A stretch of DNA of 64,000 bases from an uncultured Chloroflexia bacterium (GTDB taxonomy: Bacteria; Chloroflexota; Limnocylindria; Limnocylindrales; CSP1-4): positions 32,001 through 96,000 of the forward strand of contig CAVQJC010000011.1 of the NCBI GenBank assembly GCA_963712745.1, in the 5' to 3' direction. Positions 9,640-19,462 of this stretch are shown piece by piece. Position numbers and translations under genes: made by a program. Below the pieces are notes generated by a model, which made no database searches, was not told the origin of the DNA, and saw only the letters and a program-made list of their open reading frames with translations. The stretch's first letter is position 1, and each line of letters begins with the position of its first letter.

Positions 9640-10074
9640 ATGCTGATGCCCGATGTCAACATCCTCGTCTATGCCCATCGCGAGGACGAGGCCCGGCACG
9701 CCCCGTACGCGACCTGGTTGCGCGAGGTCGTCGATGGACCCGAGCCTTTCAGCCTCAGCTCCCTCGTGGCCATCGGCTTCGTTCGCATGGTGACGAATCC
9801 GCGGGTCTTCGCGGACCCGACACCGTTGCCGGTGGCCCTGGCAGCCGTCGAGCAGCTGACCAGGCATCCTCGCTGCCGCGTCGCCTCGCCAGGCTCCTTG
9901 CACCTCGACGGCGTCATCCGGCTCTGTCGCGCGTCAGCAGCAAGCGGCAAGCTGGTGGCAGACGCCCAGCACGCTGCCCTCGCCATCGCCGAGGGCTGCA
10001 CCTGGGTCACACGGGATGGCGACTTCGGACGATTCGAGGCGCATGGCCTGCGATGGCAGCACCTCGTGCTCTAG
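9640..10074 (+). CDS. vapC: VapC PIN-domain toxin
   Basis: DVNILVYA, VADAQHAALAI and VTRDGDF PIN acidic motifs. Confidence 0.92.
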   Translation: MLMPDVNILVYAHREDEARHAPYATWLREVVDGPEPFSLSSLVAIGFVRMVTNPRVFADPTPLPVALAAVEQLTRHPRCRVASPGSLHLDGVIRLCRASAASGKLVADAQHAALAIAEGCTWVTRDGDFGRFEAHGLRWQHLVL

Positions 10075-10192
10075 TGGACGCTTCCGCAGCCGGCGACGTC
10101 TGCGCCCTCGTCCCCGGCACGGTGCTGGCCGATGACCGCCGCAGGGTGTTAGCCCATGGTCCCGATGAGGCGAGCACGAGGGACGGTCAGCC

Positions 10193-11710
10193 ATGACGGC
10201 CCGTGTGGTACGGGAGCGGATCGATCCTCGGCTGACGGCGGCCCTCTTCTCCAACTACCGCACGCCGGTGGACGCCCTGCTCGAGCTCATCGACAACGCC
10301 GTCGACTCGCGCATCGCCGGGCGGCCGCTCGAGATCGACCTGGCCCTCCGTCCGGGCACCGTCAGCCTGACCGTCGTCGGTGGGGGCGGCATGGGCCCGC
10401 GCGAGCTGGAACGCGAATACCTCCGCTGGGGTGGCTCGCGCAAGCGCGCCGGCGAACGCATCGGCCGCTTTGGGCAGGGCGGCAAGGCCGCCATCGGCCA
10501 CCTCGGCGGCCGTTTCCATGTCACTGCCTCGCGCGCCGGCGACAAGGTCGCCTACGGTTTCGTCGACGAGGACTACCGCGATCGCAGCAAGCTCAGGACG
10601 TACGAGCTGGACGAGACGCGCAAGCCCGTCGCTCGCGAGCTGGGCTACGTGCGCATCGAGATCGGCGCGGTCGACCGCAAGCTGGAAGCCCGGCGCGTGC
10701 GCTCTCGCCTCGGCGACGTCTACCGACCGCTCCTCGCCGCGGGCGACGTGGTGATGCGCATCGACCGGGCACAGCTGAAGCCGGCCGACTGGCCCGTCGA
10801 TGACCGGCGTGAGTTCACCGTCCGGGCGGGCGGTCGACTGGTCAAAGGCTGGCATGGCCTGCTGGCCGATCCACCGCCCGCGGGCATCGAGGCAGGCATG
10901 CGCCTGTACCACCTGGGGCGACTGGTGGGCGCGCCGGAGTGGTTCGGCCATCCGGGTCCGGCCGTGCACCCGGGGTTGAACCGACTGATCGGCGAGGTGG
11001 AGCTGCCGCACGTGGCGGTCACGCTCAACAAGAGTGATGTCGAGCGCGGCAGCCCCGAGTGGGAGGCGGTGGAGGCTCGGATGCACAAGCTCCTGGCCCC
11101 GGTGGTGCGACGCCTCATGCGCGAGGAAGCCGTCAGTGCCAGTCCGCAGGCCCTGCGCACGGCCGAGCAGGTGCGCCGCATCCTGGCTCGAGCCTTGCGC
11201 ATGCTGGAGTCGGGCAAGCTGTTCGAGAGCGAGCTGGGTTCTGGCCCCGGAAGCGACGAACGCGGGCAGCTGACCCTGGAGAGCTACGCCGAGGGCCCGC
11301 CGGAGGACGAAGGGGAGGCGCCCGATCAGGCGCCCGACTCGACCGCCGAGCCGTCCGCTCCTCCGCTCCGTCGGGGCGGGCCCGGTCGCGGCAGCCGGAC
11401 TGGTGTGGGCGAGGTCGTCATCCGTTCGCTCGATCCCCGCTTGCGAAGCGCGATGGTCGTGGAGGACGGCGTACGCCGGGTCGTCATCAACTCCCGCTAC
11501 CCGCTCTACGAGGTGCGCAAGGGAGACCTCTGGTACCAGCTCGAGACGGCGCTGCGGGAGGTCTGCGTGACCATCCCCGAAGCCACTGTTCCCGAGTTCG
11601 AGCGCCGCGTCAACGAGCTGATGTTGGTGTCACTGGGCCTGGCTGAGCGACGGCGCCGTTCACCGCGCAAGAAGCGAAAGGATCAGCCCGACCTCTGGCC
11701 ACGTGAGTGA
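10193..11710 (+). CDS. MORC-like GHKL (HATPase_c_3) ATPase
   Basis: ALLELIDNAVDS N-box, IGRFGQGGK G2 box, TLNKSD, C-terminal VVINSRYPLY. Confidence 0.75.
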   Translation: MTARVVRERIDPRLTAALFSNYRTPVDALLELIDNAVDSRIAGRPLEIDLALRPGTVSLTVVGGGGMGPRELEREYLRWGGSRKRAGERIGRFGQGGKAAIGHLGGRFHVTASRAGDKVAYGFVDEDYRDRSKLRTYELDETRKPVARELGYVRIEIGAVDRKLEARRVRSRLGDVYRPLLAAGDVVMRIDRAQLKPADWPVDDRREFTVRAGGRLVKGWHGLLADPPPAGIEAGMRLYHLGRLVGAPEWFGHPGPAVHPGLNRLIGEVELPHVAVTLNKSDVERGSPEWEAVEARMHKLLAPVVRRLMREEAVSASPQALRTAEQVRRILARALRMLESGKLFESELGSGPGSDERGQLTLESYAEGPPEDEGEAPDQAPDSTAEPSAPPLRRGGPGRGSRTGVGEVVIRSLDPRLRSAMVVEDGVRRVVINSRYPLYEVRKGDLWYQLETALREVCVTIPEATVPEFERRVNELMLVSLGLAERRRRSPRKKRKDQPDLWPRE

Positions 11711-11877
11711 TCGGGCCAGGGTGGCCGATCGCAGCTGTGGACGGTGACGAACTCGTCGCCGTCATGGCTGATGACCTTGATGGCGACGTCGACGGATCAG
11801 GTTGCGTTCGTCGTCGGTCGAGCCGGCCGGCGCCTCACCGGTCGCCGTATCGGGTGCTGTCGACGCCGCGGATCGGC

Positions 11878-12498
11878 TCAGCTGCCCTTGTGGATGACGC
11901 GCTGCATGATCTCGCCGACGTCCTCGGCAGCGTCGATCGATTCCTCGAGCGACTGGTAGATGTCGCGCCACTTGATGACGACGAGCGGATCGTGTCCGTC
12001 GCGGAACAGCCGGCCCACAGCTGCACGCGACAGGCCGTCGGCCTCGTTCTCGAGCACGTGGACGCGCCGAAGGTGCTCGCCCAGGCCCTTCATCGACTCG
12101 AGCTTGCGCAGGGCCGCATCGAGCTCGACCGCCTGTTCCTCGAGGATGGCGGCTAGTCGCTGCGCCTCCTGCGTGGGAGCCTGCACGTCGTAGATCTGCA
12201 TCGCCTCCGCGGTCTCCTGGATGCGGTCGACGACATCGTCCATGCGACGGGTCAGCTCATGGATGTCCTCGCGGTCGATGGGCGTGATGAACGCATCCTC
12301 GAGACGTTCTTCGATGCTGTCACCGATCTCGTCTCCGGCGTGCTCGAGCGCCTGTATCCGAGCGATCCGAGCCTCGATGTCGTCGTATGAGTCCATGAGC
12401 CCGCGTAGCTCGCCCGCGGCCGCCAGCAGGTTCGCCCCATCATCGATGAGAAGGTCGAAGAACTTGACGTCGCGGGGCATCAGGCGCAGGGAGACCAT
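11878..12498 (-). CDS. DUF47 / PhoU-like phosphate transport regulator
   Basis: LEHAGD, FITPIDREDI, LENEAD, KWRDIY; downstream of pit. Confidence 0.92.
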   Translation of the reverse strand: MVSLRLMPRDVKFFDLLIDDGANLLAAAGELRGLMDSYDDIEARIARIQALEHAGDEIGDSIEERLEDAFITPIDREDIHELTRRMDDVVDRIQETAEAMQIYDVQAPTQEAQRLAAILEEQAVELDAALRKLESMKGLGEHLRRVHVLENEADGLSRAAVGRLFRDGHDPLVVIKWRDIYQSLEESIDAAEDVGEIMQRVIHKGS

Positions 12499-12514
12499 CG
12501 TCGGGATCCTCCGT

Positions 12515-13519
12515 TCAGCTCGCGCCGAGGGCCGAGATGACCAGCCAGGCGGCGGCGCCCACCAGACCGGCAGCGGGGATGGTCACGATCCAGGCCGTGA
12601 CGATGGTGCGGGCGACCCCCCAGCGCACCCGACGCGTGCCCTTGCTGGTGCCCACGCCGGTGATGGCGCTGGAGATGACATGCGTGGTCGAGACCGGCAT
12701 GCCCATGGAGGCGGTGGACACGAGCACGGTCGCGGCCGTCGTCTCCGCTGCGAAACCATGGACCGGCTCGAGTTCGACCACGCGCTGCCCCATGGTCTTC
12801 ATGATGCGCCAGCCCCCGGCGGCTGTGCCCAGCGACATCGCGCTGGCGGCGATCACGATGACCCACACCGGTACGGTGTCGTCATCGATGACTCCGGCCG
12901 CAAGCAGGGCCAGGGTGATGATGCCCATCGTCTTTTGCGCGTCGTTGGAACCGTGCGCGAAGGCCATGAAGCCGGCCGAGAACACCTGGGCCTTGCGGAA
13001 CATGCGGGAGGCCGGCCTGCGTGGCGCCCGGAAGAAGAGACGGGCCAGCAGGACCATGAACAGCAGGCCCAGGATGAAGCCCACGAGCGGTGACGTGAAC
13101 ATCGGGATGATGACCTTGCTGATGATGCCGTCGACCTGCAGGGCACCAGCCCCGGCGGCAACGACCGTGGCGCCGAGCAGGCCACCGACGAGGGCGTGTG
13201 AGGACGAGCTGGGGATGCCGAACCACCACGTGAACAGGTTCCAGGCGATGGCCCCGAGTAGTGCTGCGATGACCACGGCCTCGGTCGTGGTCTCGACGTC
13301 GACGAGGCCGGCGCCGATGGTCTTGGCTACCGCTGTTCCGGCGAACGCCCCGGCGAAGTTCATGGCTGCGGCCATGAGCACTGCGGTCCGCGGCCGCAGG
13401 GCCTGCGTGGCCACCGAAGTGGCGATGGCGTTGGCGGAATCGTGGAAGCCGTTGATGTAGTCGAAGACGACGGCCAGCACGATGACCAGCAGCAGCGACA
13501 ACGTCAGGGCATCGAACAC
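12515..13519 (-). CDS. pit: Inorganic phosphate transporter, PiT family
   Basis: NGFHDSANAIATSV, PSSSSHAL, HGSNDAQK and PVSTTH signatures. Confidence 0.95.
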   Translation of the reverse strand: MFDALTLSLLLVIVLAVVFDYINGFHDSANAIATSVATQALRPRTAVLMAAAMNFAGAFAGTAVAKTIGAGLVDVETTTEAVVIAALLGAIAWNLFTWWFGIPSSSSHALVGGLLGATVVAAGAGALQVDGIISKVIIPMFTSPLVGFILGLLFMVLLARLFFRAPRRPASRMFRKAQVFSAGFMAFAHGSNDAQKTMGIITLALLAAGVIDDDTVPVWVIVIAASAMSLGTAAGGWRIMKTMGQRVVELEPVHGFAAETTAATVLVSTASMGMPVSTTHVISSAITGVGTSKGTRRVRWGVARTIVTAWIVTIPAAGLVGAAAWLVISALGAS

Positions 13520-13665
13520 GCGGGGGCCATCTCCTGGGCACGGTCGATCGTCGGTCTGGACCGGGATGTCCCAGGCGTGGGGCTCGTCTGGTCACCGCGA
13601 GGGTACGGCACGGCAGGTGGTCTCTGCAGGACCGGCTGGACGGGTCGGCGGCCTATCCTGTGGAC

Positions 13666-14701
13666 ATGTCACAGGGCGCGTACGAGAGCATCGAAGATGA
13701 GCTCGCAGCGATCGTGGAGCAAGCCGGCCTTGGCCTGATCGGTTTCGATTCGCAGTTGCGCGTCCGCCTGGCCAACGAGGTGGCGCACCAGGCGCTCGGG
13801 CGTCGGCCGGGATCGCTTTCGGGGCGGACGGCCATGGAGACCTTCGTCGACCACCGGCTGGAGGCCATGATCCGGGCCGCGGCAGAGGGCAGGGCGGGCA
13901 GCCACGAGATCGCGCCCTCGGACCGTGACAGTCTCATCGTGCGCGCGCATCCTGCCGCCACCGCTGGCGCCTGGGTCACCATCGAGAACGTCAGCGAGCT
14001 GCAGCGCCTGCGCCGGATCCGGAGCGAGTTCATCGACGATCTCAGCCACGAGCTGCGCACGCCGCTGGCCAATGTCCGGCTGCTCACGGAGATGCTCATG
14101 GACGACCTGGCCGAGGCAGACGTGCCCGACCGCGTCCGGGAGCGCGTGGCCACCATCGACGTGGAGTCCGGGCACCTGGTGCAGATGATCAACGAGCTGC
14201 TCGACCTGTCACGCATGGAGAACGCGGCCACGCCAGGTCCGCCGCGACGAGGTCGTGCTGGCACCGCTGGCTGAGGCCACGCTGCACCGACTCCAGACGT
14301 TCGCGGAGCGGCAGGGCGTCACGCTCCGGTCGCAGGTCCCGGCCGACCTGCCCGCGGTGCGGGGGGACGAGGAGCGCCTCGACCAGCTGCTCATGAACCT
14401 GCTGCACAACGCCATCAAGTTCAGCTCTGACGGGGGCCTCGTCACGGTCACCGCGGACGAGCATCCCGACGCCGCCGTGGTCTCCGTCCGTGACGAGGGC
14501 GTGGGCATCCCGGCCAAGGACCAGTCGCGCGTGTTCGAGCGCTTCTACAAGGTCGACCGGGCCCGGCAGCGGGGACTCGGTGGCACCGGCCTGGGCCTGG
14601 CCATCGCGCGCCATATCGCGGAGGCTCACGGCGGGCGCATCTGGCTCGAGTCGACGGAAGGGAAGGGCTCGACCTTCAGCTTCTCGCTTCCCTTCGCCTA
14701 G
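13666..14701 (+). pseudogene. PhoR/SenX3-like PAS-HisKA-HATPase sensor kinase, split by a +1 frameshift near 14233 (possible sequence error)
   Basis: LSHELRTPL in ORF 13660-14274; NLLHNAIKF, DEGVGI and GTGLGLAI in ORF 14255-14701; total span is 3n+1. Confidence 0.85.
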
Positions 14702-14724
14702 GACCGCGCCTCTGCCACCCCGTT

Positions 14725-15231
14725 TCAGTCGTCGCTCAGCAGCTCCGGCGGAACCAGCCAGCGAAGCTCCGCCTCGCCGTCACCGAGCTTGGTATGCAGG
14801 TCGACCGTCGCCAGGGCTCCTTTCTTCAGGGAGATGCCAGCCGCATCGATGAGGTAGGCGAGCAGGCTCGAGAAGTCCGGATCGTGGCCCACGAACATGG
14901 GCTCGCGGGCACCCGTCTCGTCGAGCAGCGCCCACATCTCAGCTTTGCCGAAGCCCTCGCCCAGGCGGCTGTCGGTCTTGACGGTCATGTCCAGGGTGGC
15001 GGCCACGATCTCGGCCGTCTGCTGGGCGCGTACCTTGGGGCTGGTCACGATGACATCGGGCCGCACGCCGTGGGCCTCGAGGAACGAGCCCAGGCGCTCG
15101 CTCTGGCCCCGGCCCTTCTTGGTCAGCGGACGCATGTCGTCATCGCCGATCCAGTGGAAGGCGTCGCCGGCGTGGGCATGGCGAAGCAGGTGGATGCGCA
15201 CCGTGCCGTTGTCGGTCCTTCCTGCAGGCAT
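14725..15231 (-). CDS. sixA: SixA-like phosphohistidine phosphatase (start may be GTG ~15204)
   Basis: LLRHAHA, RPLT..G, TSP..RA.QT, VGHDP. Confidence 0.88.
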   Translation of the reverse strand: MPAGRTDNGTVRIHLLRHAHAGDAFHWIGDDDMRPLTKKGRGQSERLGSFLEAHGVRPDVIVTSPKVRAQQTAEIVAATLDMTVKTDSRLGEGFGKAEMWALLDETGAREPMFVGHDPDFSSLLAYLIDAAGISLKKGALATVDLHTKLGDGEAELRWLVPPELLSDD

Positions 15232-15315
15232 GGCCGCTAGAGTCGCACGTCGGCCATCGTGGCGCGAGCGTTTGCTGCGGGACTGGTGCCTGAACGCTCC
15301 GGCCTTGTGCCACAG

Positions 15316-15346
15316 ACCGAAGCCCCTCGGCGCCGAGGGGCTCGGT
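15316..15346 (-). terminator. Hairpin after the pstSCAB-phoU-arsC operon
   Basis: Perfect 22-bp palindrome AGCCCCTCGGCGCCGAGGGGCT (15321-15342), extendable with ACCGA/TCGGT. Confidence 0.55.
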
Positions 15347-15388
15347 GCGGGAAGGGGAGAGGGCGGCTCGGACGCCGCGAGGGTGAGC

Positions 15389-15871
15389 TCAGTCGGCGTC
15401 GTGCGTCACGCGCTTGTCGGTAGCATTCATGAACAGGTCGATGCGTTGGCTGATGGCGGCAAAGACTCGGCGGAAGGCTGCCAGCCGCTCCTCGTCGGTG
15501 CCCTGCACGGAAGAGGGATCGTCGTAGCCCCAGTGGAAGCGTTCACCCTGCCCGGGGAAGACAGGGCAGTTCTGACGGGCCGAGTCGCAGACGGTGATGA
15601 GGTAGTCGAAGCGGCGTCCCATGAACTCCTGTACCGACTTGGAGCGCAGGGCTTCGGTGGGCAGTCCGGCCTCGCGCAGGACCTGCAGCGTGAGCGGCCG
15701 CACCTCGGAGACTTCGGTGCCCGCGGAGTAGGCCTCGTACGCGTCACCGCCCTTCTCGCGCAGCAACGCCTCCGCCATGATCGAGCGTGCCGAGTTGTGG
15801 GTGCACACGAACAGCACGCTCGTGCGCGGGACGCCGTCGTCGTGGCCGGGTGCGACGTCGACCCCGCTCAT
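15389..15871 (-). CDS. arsC: Arsenate reductase (LMW-PTP/thioredoxin type)
   Basis: VLFVCTHNSARS, ITVCDSARQNCP, HWGYDDP. Confidence 0.9.
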   Translation of the reverse strand: MSGVDVAPGHDDGVPRTSVLFVCTHNSARSIMAEALLREKGGDAYEAYSAGTEVSEVRPLTLQVLREAGLPTEALRSKSVQEFMGRRFDYLITVCDSARQNCPVFPGQGERFHWGYDDPSSVQGTDEERLAAFRRVFAAISQRIDLFMNATDKRVTHDAD

Positions 15872-16641
15872 TCGTTCAGCTCCGTGACCTCCCCGGTGGC
15901 GAGGAAGACGACGTCCTCAGCGATGTTGGTCACACGGTCGCCCACGCGCTCGAGGTAGTGGGCGGCGAAGATGATGCGCTCGCCCGGATCGACGTTGGCT
16001 GGATCGGCTCGCATGAGGTCCAATGTCTCGTCGAAGATCGAGTGGTACAGCTCGTCGACCTCGTCGTCACGGAGTGCCACGGCCTTGGCCCGCTCGGCGT
16101 CGACCTCGACCACGGCCTCGAGGATGTCCCGCACGAGCGTGGCTGCCAGGCGCCCCATCTCGGGCAGGTGCACGTAGTCCTTGACAGGCGGGCGTGGAGC
16201 CAGCTTGCGCGCCTGCTTGGCCACGGAGCTCGCGTAGTCACCCATGCGCTCGAGGTCGTAGGCGACACGGTCGAGCGTGAGCAGGAAGCGCAGGTCACGA
16301 GCCACCGGTTGTTGCGTGGCGATGGTCAGCCTGATGAGGTCGGCCACGTGCCGCTCCAGGGCGTTGATGTCGTGGTCGTTCTCGATGATCCAGGTCGCCG
16401 CATCGGCGTCGTGGTTCTCTAGCGCCTCGATGGCGCCGACGATGCGCTCGGCCACGAGGCTGCCCATGCGCAGGATGCCGTCCTTGACCTCGCTTTCCTC
16501 GGACTCCAGCGTCCCGCGCGTGTACGGCTTTGGGACCTCGACTGCTGGATGGACGTCCAGGTCGGTACGGTGGCCTTGCGGCTCGTCAGGACCGGGCGGC
16601 GGTACAGCGTCGGCGTCGGGGCGTCCGGTGGGATCGGTCAT
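15868..16641 (-). CDS. phoU: Phosphate signalling complex protein PhoU
   Basis: QQPVARDLR, DLERMGD, DDEVD, LERVGD.VTNIAE. Confidence 0.95.
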   Translation of the reverse strand: MTDPTGRPDADAVPPPGPDEPQGHRTDLDVHPAVEVPKPYTRGTLESEESEVKDGILRMGSLVAERIVGAIEALENHDADAATWIIENDHDINALERHVADLIRLTIATQQPVARDLRFLLTLDRVAYDLERMGDYASSVAKQARKLAPRPPVKDYVHLPEMGRLAATLVRDILEAVVEVDAERAKAVALRDDEVDELYHSIFDETLDLMRADPANVDPGERIIFAAHYLERVGDRVTNIAEDVVFLATGEVTELNE

Positions 16642-16651
16642 GGCTGCCTCC

Positions 16652-17479
16652 TCATCCGAAGCGACCGGAGACGTAGTCCTCGGTCAACTGGTTCTTGGGG
16701 TTGGTGAAGATCTCGGCCGTGGCGCCCTTCTCGACGAGGTATCCGGCACGATCCTCGCCCATGGTCAGGAAGACGGTCTCGTCCGAGGCCCGTGCGGCCT
16801 GCTGCATGTTGTGCGTCACGATGAGGATGGTGTAGTCGTTGCGCAGCTCGAACATGAGCTCCTCGATCTTGAGCGTGGCCACAGGGTCCAGGGCTGAGCA
16901 GGGCTCGTCCATGAGGATGACGTCGGGCTGGACCGCGATGGCGCGTGCGATGCAGAGACGCTGCTGCTGGCCGCCGGACAACGCCGTGCCCGGCTGCTTG
17001 AGCTTGTCCTTGACCTCGTCCCAGATGGCAGCGCGCTTCAGGCTCGACTCGACCAGCTCATCCATGTCGCCCTTGTAGCCGGCGATCTTGGGCCCGAACG
17101 AGACGTTGTCGTAGATCGACTTGGGGAACGGGTTGGGCTTCTGGAAGACCATGCCGATGCGGCGTCGCACCTCGACCGCGTCCACCTTGGGGTCGTAGAG
17201 GTCGACGCCGTGGTAGTTGACCTTGCCGCTGATGTGGGCGCCGGGAACCAGGTCGTTCATGCGGTTGAAGCAGCGCAGCAGGGTCGACTTGCCGCAGCCG
17301 GACGGGCCGATGAAGGCGGTGATCCGGTTCTTGGGGATGTCCAGGTCGATGTCGCGGATAGCCCGGAAGTCGCTGTAGTAGGCGCTGAATTCGCGGACCT
17401 CGAAGACGTACGGTTCGGCCTCTGGCGCAGGTGTCGCGTTCTTGGCCGGGCTCGTCAACGTGGCGGTATCACTGGTCAT
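16652..17479 (-). CDS. pstB: Phosphate ABC transporter ATPase
   Basis: [34 protein letters not shown]. Confidence 0.97.
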   Translation of the reverse strand: MTSDTATLTSPAKNATPAPEAEPYVFEVREFSAYYSDFRAIRDIDLDIPKNRITAFIGPSGCGKSTLLRCFNRMNDLVPGAHISGKVNYHGVDLYDPKVDAVEVRRRIGMVFQKPNPFPKSIYDNVSFGPKIAGYKGDMDELVESSLKRAAIWDEVKDKLKQPGTALSGGQQQRLCIARAIAVQPDVILMDEPCSALDPVATLKIEELMFELRNDYTILIVTHNMQQAARASDETVFLTMGEDRAGYLVEKGATAEIFTNPKNQLTEDYVSGRFG

Positions 17480-17482
17480 GTC

Positions 17483-18434
17483 TTACCACCTTCTGGCGTA
17501 GCGGTTGCGAAGGATGATGGCGATGGCATTGATGAGCAGGACCAGCACGAGCAGCACGATGATGGCCGCAGCGGTCAGCTCGCGGAACTCGGCTCGTGGC
17601 TGACGGGACCAGCTATAGATGAGCGTGGGCAGCGACGTGTAGGGACCCTGCAGGCGATCCGCCAGGGTCGCGTTGGCAGCGACCGAGAAGCCGCCGGTCA
17701 CCGCACCCACCAGCAGTAGCGGTGCGGTCTCCCCAAAGGCTCGTCCGATGGTCAGGATCGTGCCCGTGAGGATGCCGGGGAGTGCGTAGGGGATGACGTG
17801 GGAGCGGATGACCTCCCACTTGGTGGCGCCCACTCCGAAGCCGGCCTCGCGGATCGATGAGGGCACCGCCCGCAGCGACTCGGCCGAGGCGATGATGACG
17901 ATGGGCAGCACAACGACGGCGAGCGTGAAGCCGCCGGAGATGATGGATTGGCCGCCAGTCCACTCCCGCAGCAGGACCACGAAGACGGCGATGCCCAGCA
18001 GGCCGTAGACGACGGCCGGGACACCGGCCAGATTGCGGACGGTGGTGTTGATCAGGCGCGTCACGACGTTGTCCGACGCGTACTCCTCGAGGTAGACCGC
18101 CGCCGCGATGCCGATGGGGATGGCCAGGATGAACACGAAGACCATCAGCACGACCGATCCCCACAGCGCCTGGCCGATGCCGGCGCGGGCCGGGTTGGCT
18201 GACGCCGGGTTGCCCAGGAACTCGCCCAGGCTGCGCTCCTGGAACACCGGCAGGGCCCGCAGGAAGATATCGCGTGATGAGCCAGACCAGGACACCGAGC
18301 GCGAGGAACAGGGAGAGCAGCATGGCCAGCTCGAAGACGACGCTTCGCCAGTCGCGCTTGTGGCCCATGATGGCCTGCTCCACGGCCTCAGTGGCCGACT
18401 GGGGCGGAGGCAGGGGGCGTGATGTCGCGGTCAT
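17483..18434 (-). pseudogene. pstA: Phosphate ABC permease PstA with a +1 frameshift near 18273 (possible sequence error)
   Basis: N-terminus with first TM helix in the 18434 frame; AVYLEEY, NLAGVPAVVYG and GETAPL in the 18295 frame; span is 3n+1. Confidence 0.88.
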
Positions 18435-18435
18435 C

Positions 18436-19362
18436 TCAGTAGCCCTTGCGCATGCGACGGACGAAGTGCTCGCTGACGATGTTCAGGGCCATGGTCATGA
18501 AGAAGAGCAGCAGGCCGATGAAGAAGAGGCTGTTGAAGGCGACGCCACCACCGACCGCGTCCGAGCCGATGGCGATGACGGTCATGGCTCCGGTCATGGT
18601 CTGTCCGGGCAGGCAGGGGTTGATGCTGAAGACCGCGCCGCCGACGCCGCCGGCGGCGATGGCCACGATCATCGTCTCGCCGATGGCCCGCGAGAAGGCC
18701 ACGATCAGCGAGGCCACGATGCCCGACACCGCGGCGGGGACCACGATGCGGATGCTGGTGGTGCGCTTGGTGGCGCCTAGTCCGTAGGAAGCCTCGCGCA
18801 GGTTGCTGGGCACCGCATACATGGCGTCCTCGGAGATCGAGGCCACGAGCGGCGTGACCAGGATGCCGACAGCGATGCCGGCGCTCGCGAGCGTGAACGG
18901 CAGCGAGTTGCCGCACAGTGGCTGGACGAGGGCGGGGCTCAGGACGGTCAGCGCGAAGAAGCCGAGGACGACGCTAGGGATGGTCGCCAGGACCTCGAGG
19001 ACGGGCTTGAGGACACCGCGCACCCGCGGGCTGGCGTACTCGGCGAGATAGATGGCAGCCCCCAGGCCCAGGGGCGTGGCCACGACCATGGCGATGATGG
19101 CGATGACAAGGGTTCCGCTGATGATCGTGGCAAGGCCGTAGTCGCCCGCGCGCGGTTGCCACACATCGGCGAACAGCGCGCCCGGATCGATACCGCGGAG
19201 GAACGTGATGGTGTCGCCAAGCAGCGACAGCACGATCGCGACCGAGATGACGATGGCCAGTGCGGCCGAGAGGAAGAACGCCGAGCGGATGATCCGTTCG
19301 CGCCGGCGCCGGGCCGCGTTGCCTTTGAGATCCTCGAGCGTGACTCGATCGTTGGCTGTCAT
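18436..19362 (-). CDS. pstC: Phosphate ABC permease PstC
   Basis: AIYLAEY, IPSVVLGF, SRAIGETM. Confidence 0.96.
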   Translation of the reverse strand: MTANDRVTLEDLKGNAARRRRERIIRSAFFLSAALAIVISVAIVLSLLGDTITFLRGIDPGALFADVWQPRAGDYGLATIISGTLVIAIIAMVVATPLGLGAAIYLAEYASPRVRGVLKPVLEVLATIPSVVLGFFALTVLSPALVQPLCGNSLPFTLASAGIAVGILVTPLVASISEDAMYAVPSNLREASYGLGATKRTTSIRIVVPAAVSGIVASLIVAFSRAIGETMIVAIAAGGVGGAVFSINPCLPGQTMTGAMTVIAIGSDAVGGGVAFNSLFFIGLLLFFMTMALNIVSEHFVRRMRKGY

Positions 19363-19389
19363 GTCGGCACGTCGATGCTAGTGGATGGA

Positions 19390-19440
19390 TCGGCTGGAGG
19401 ACCGGACCCTGGGACGCGGGTCCGGTCCTCGCCCAGCCGA
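19390..19440 (-). other. Long stem-loop between pstS and pstC (mRNA stabiliser or partial terminator)
   Basis: TCGGCTGG-AGGACCGGACCC...GGGTCCGGTCCT-CGC-CCAGCCGA inverted repeat. Confidence 0.6.
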
Positions 19441-19462
19441 GGGAGGGGGAATGGAAAGCTGA

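Noticed and set aside
11707-11880. Possible small ORF after the GHKL ATPase
   Set aside because: Runs antisense into DUF47 and has no family motif
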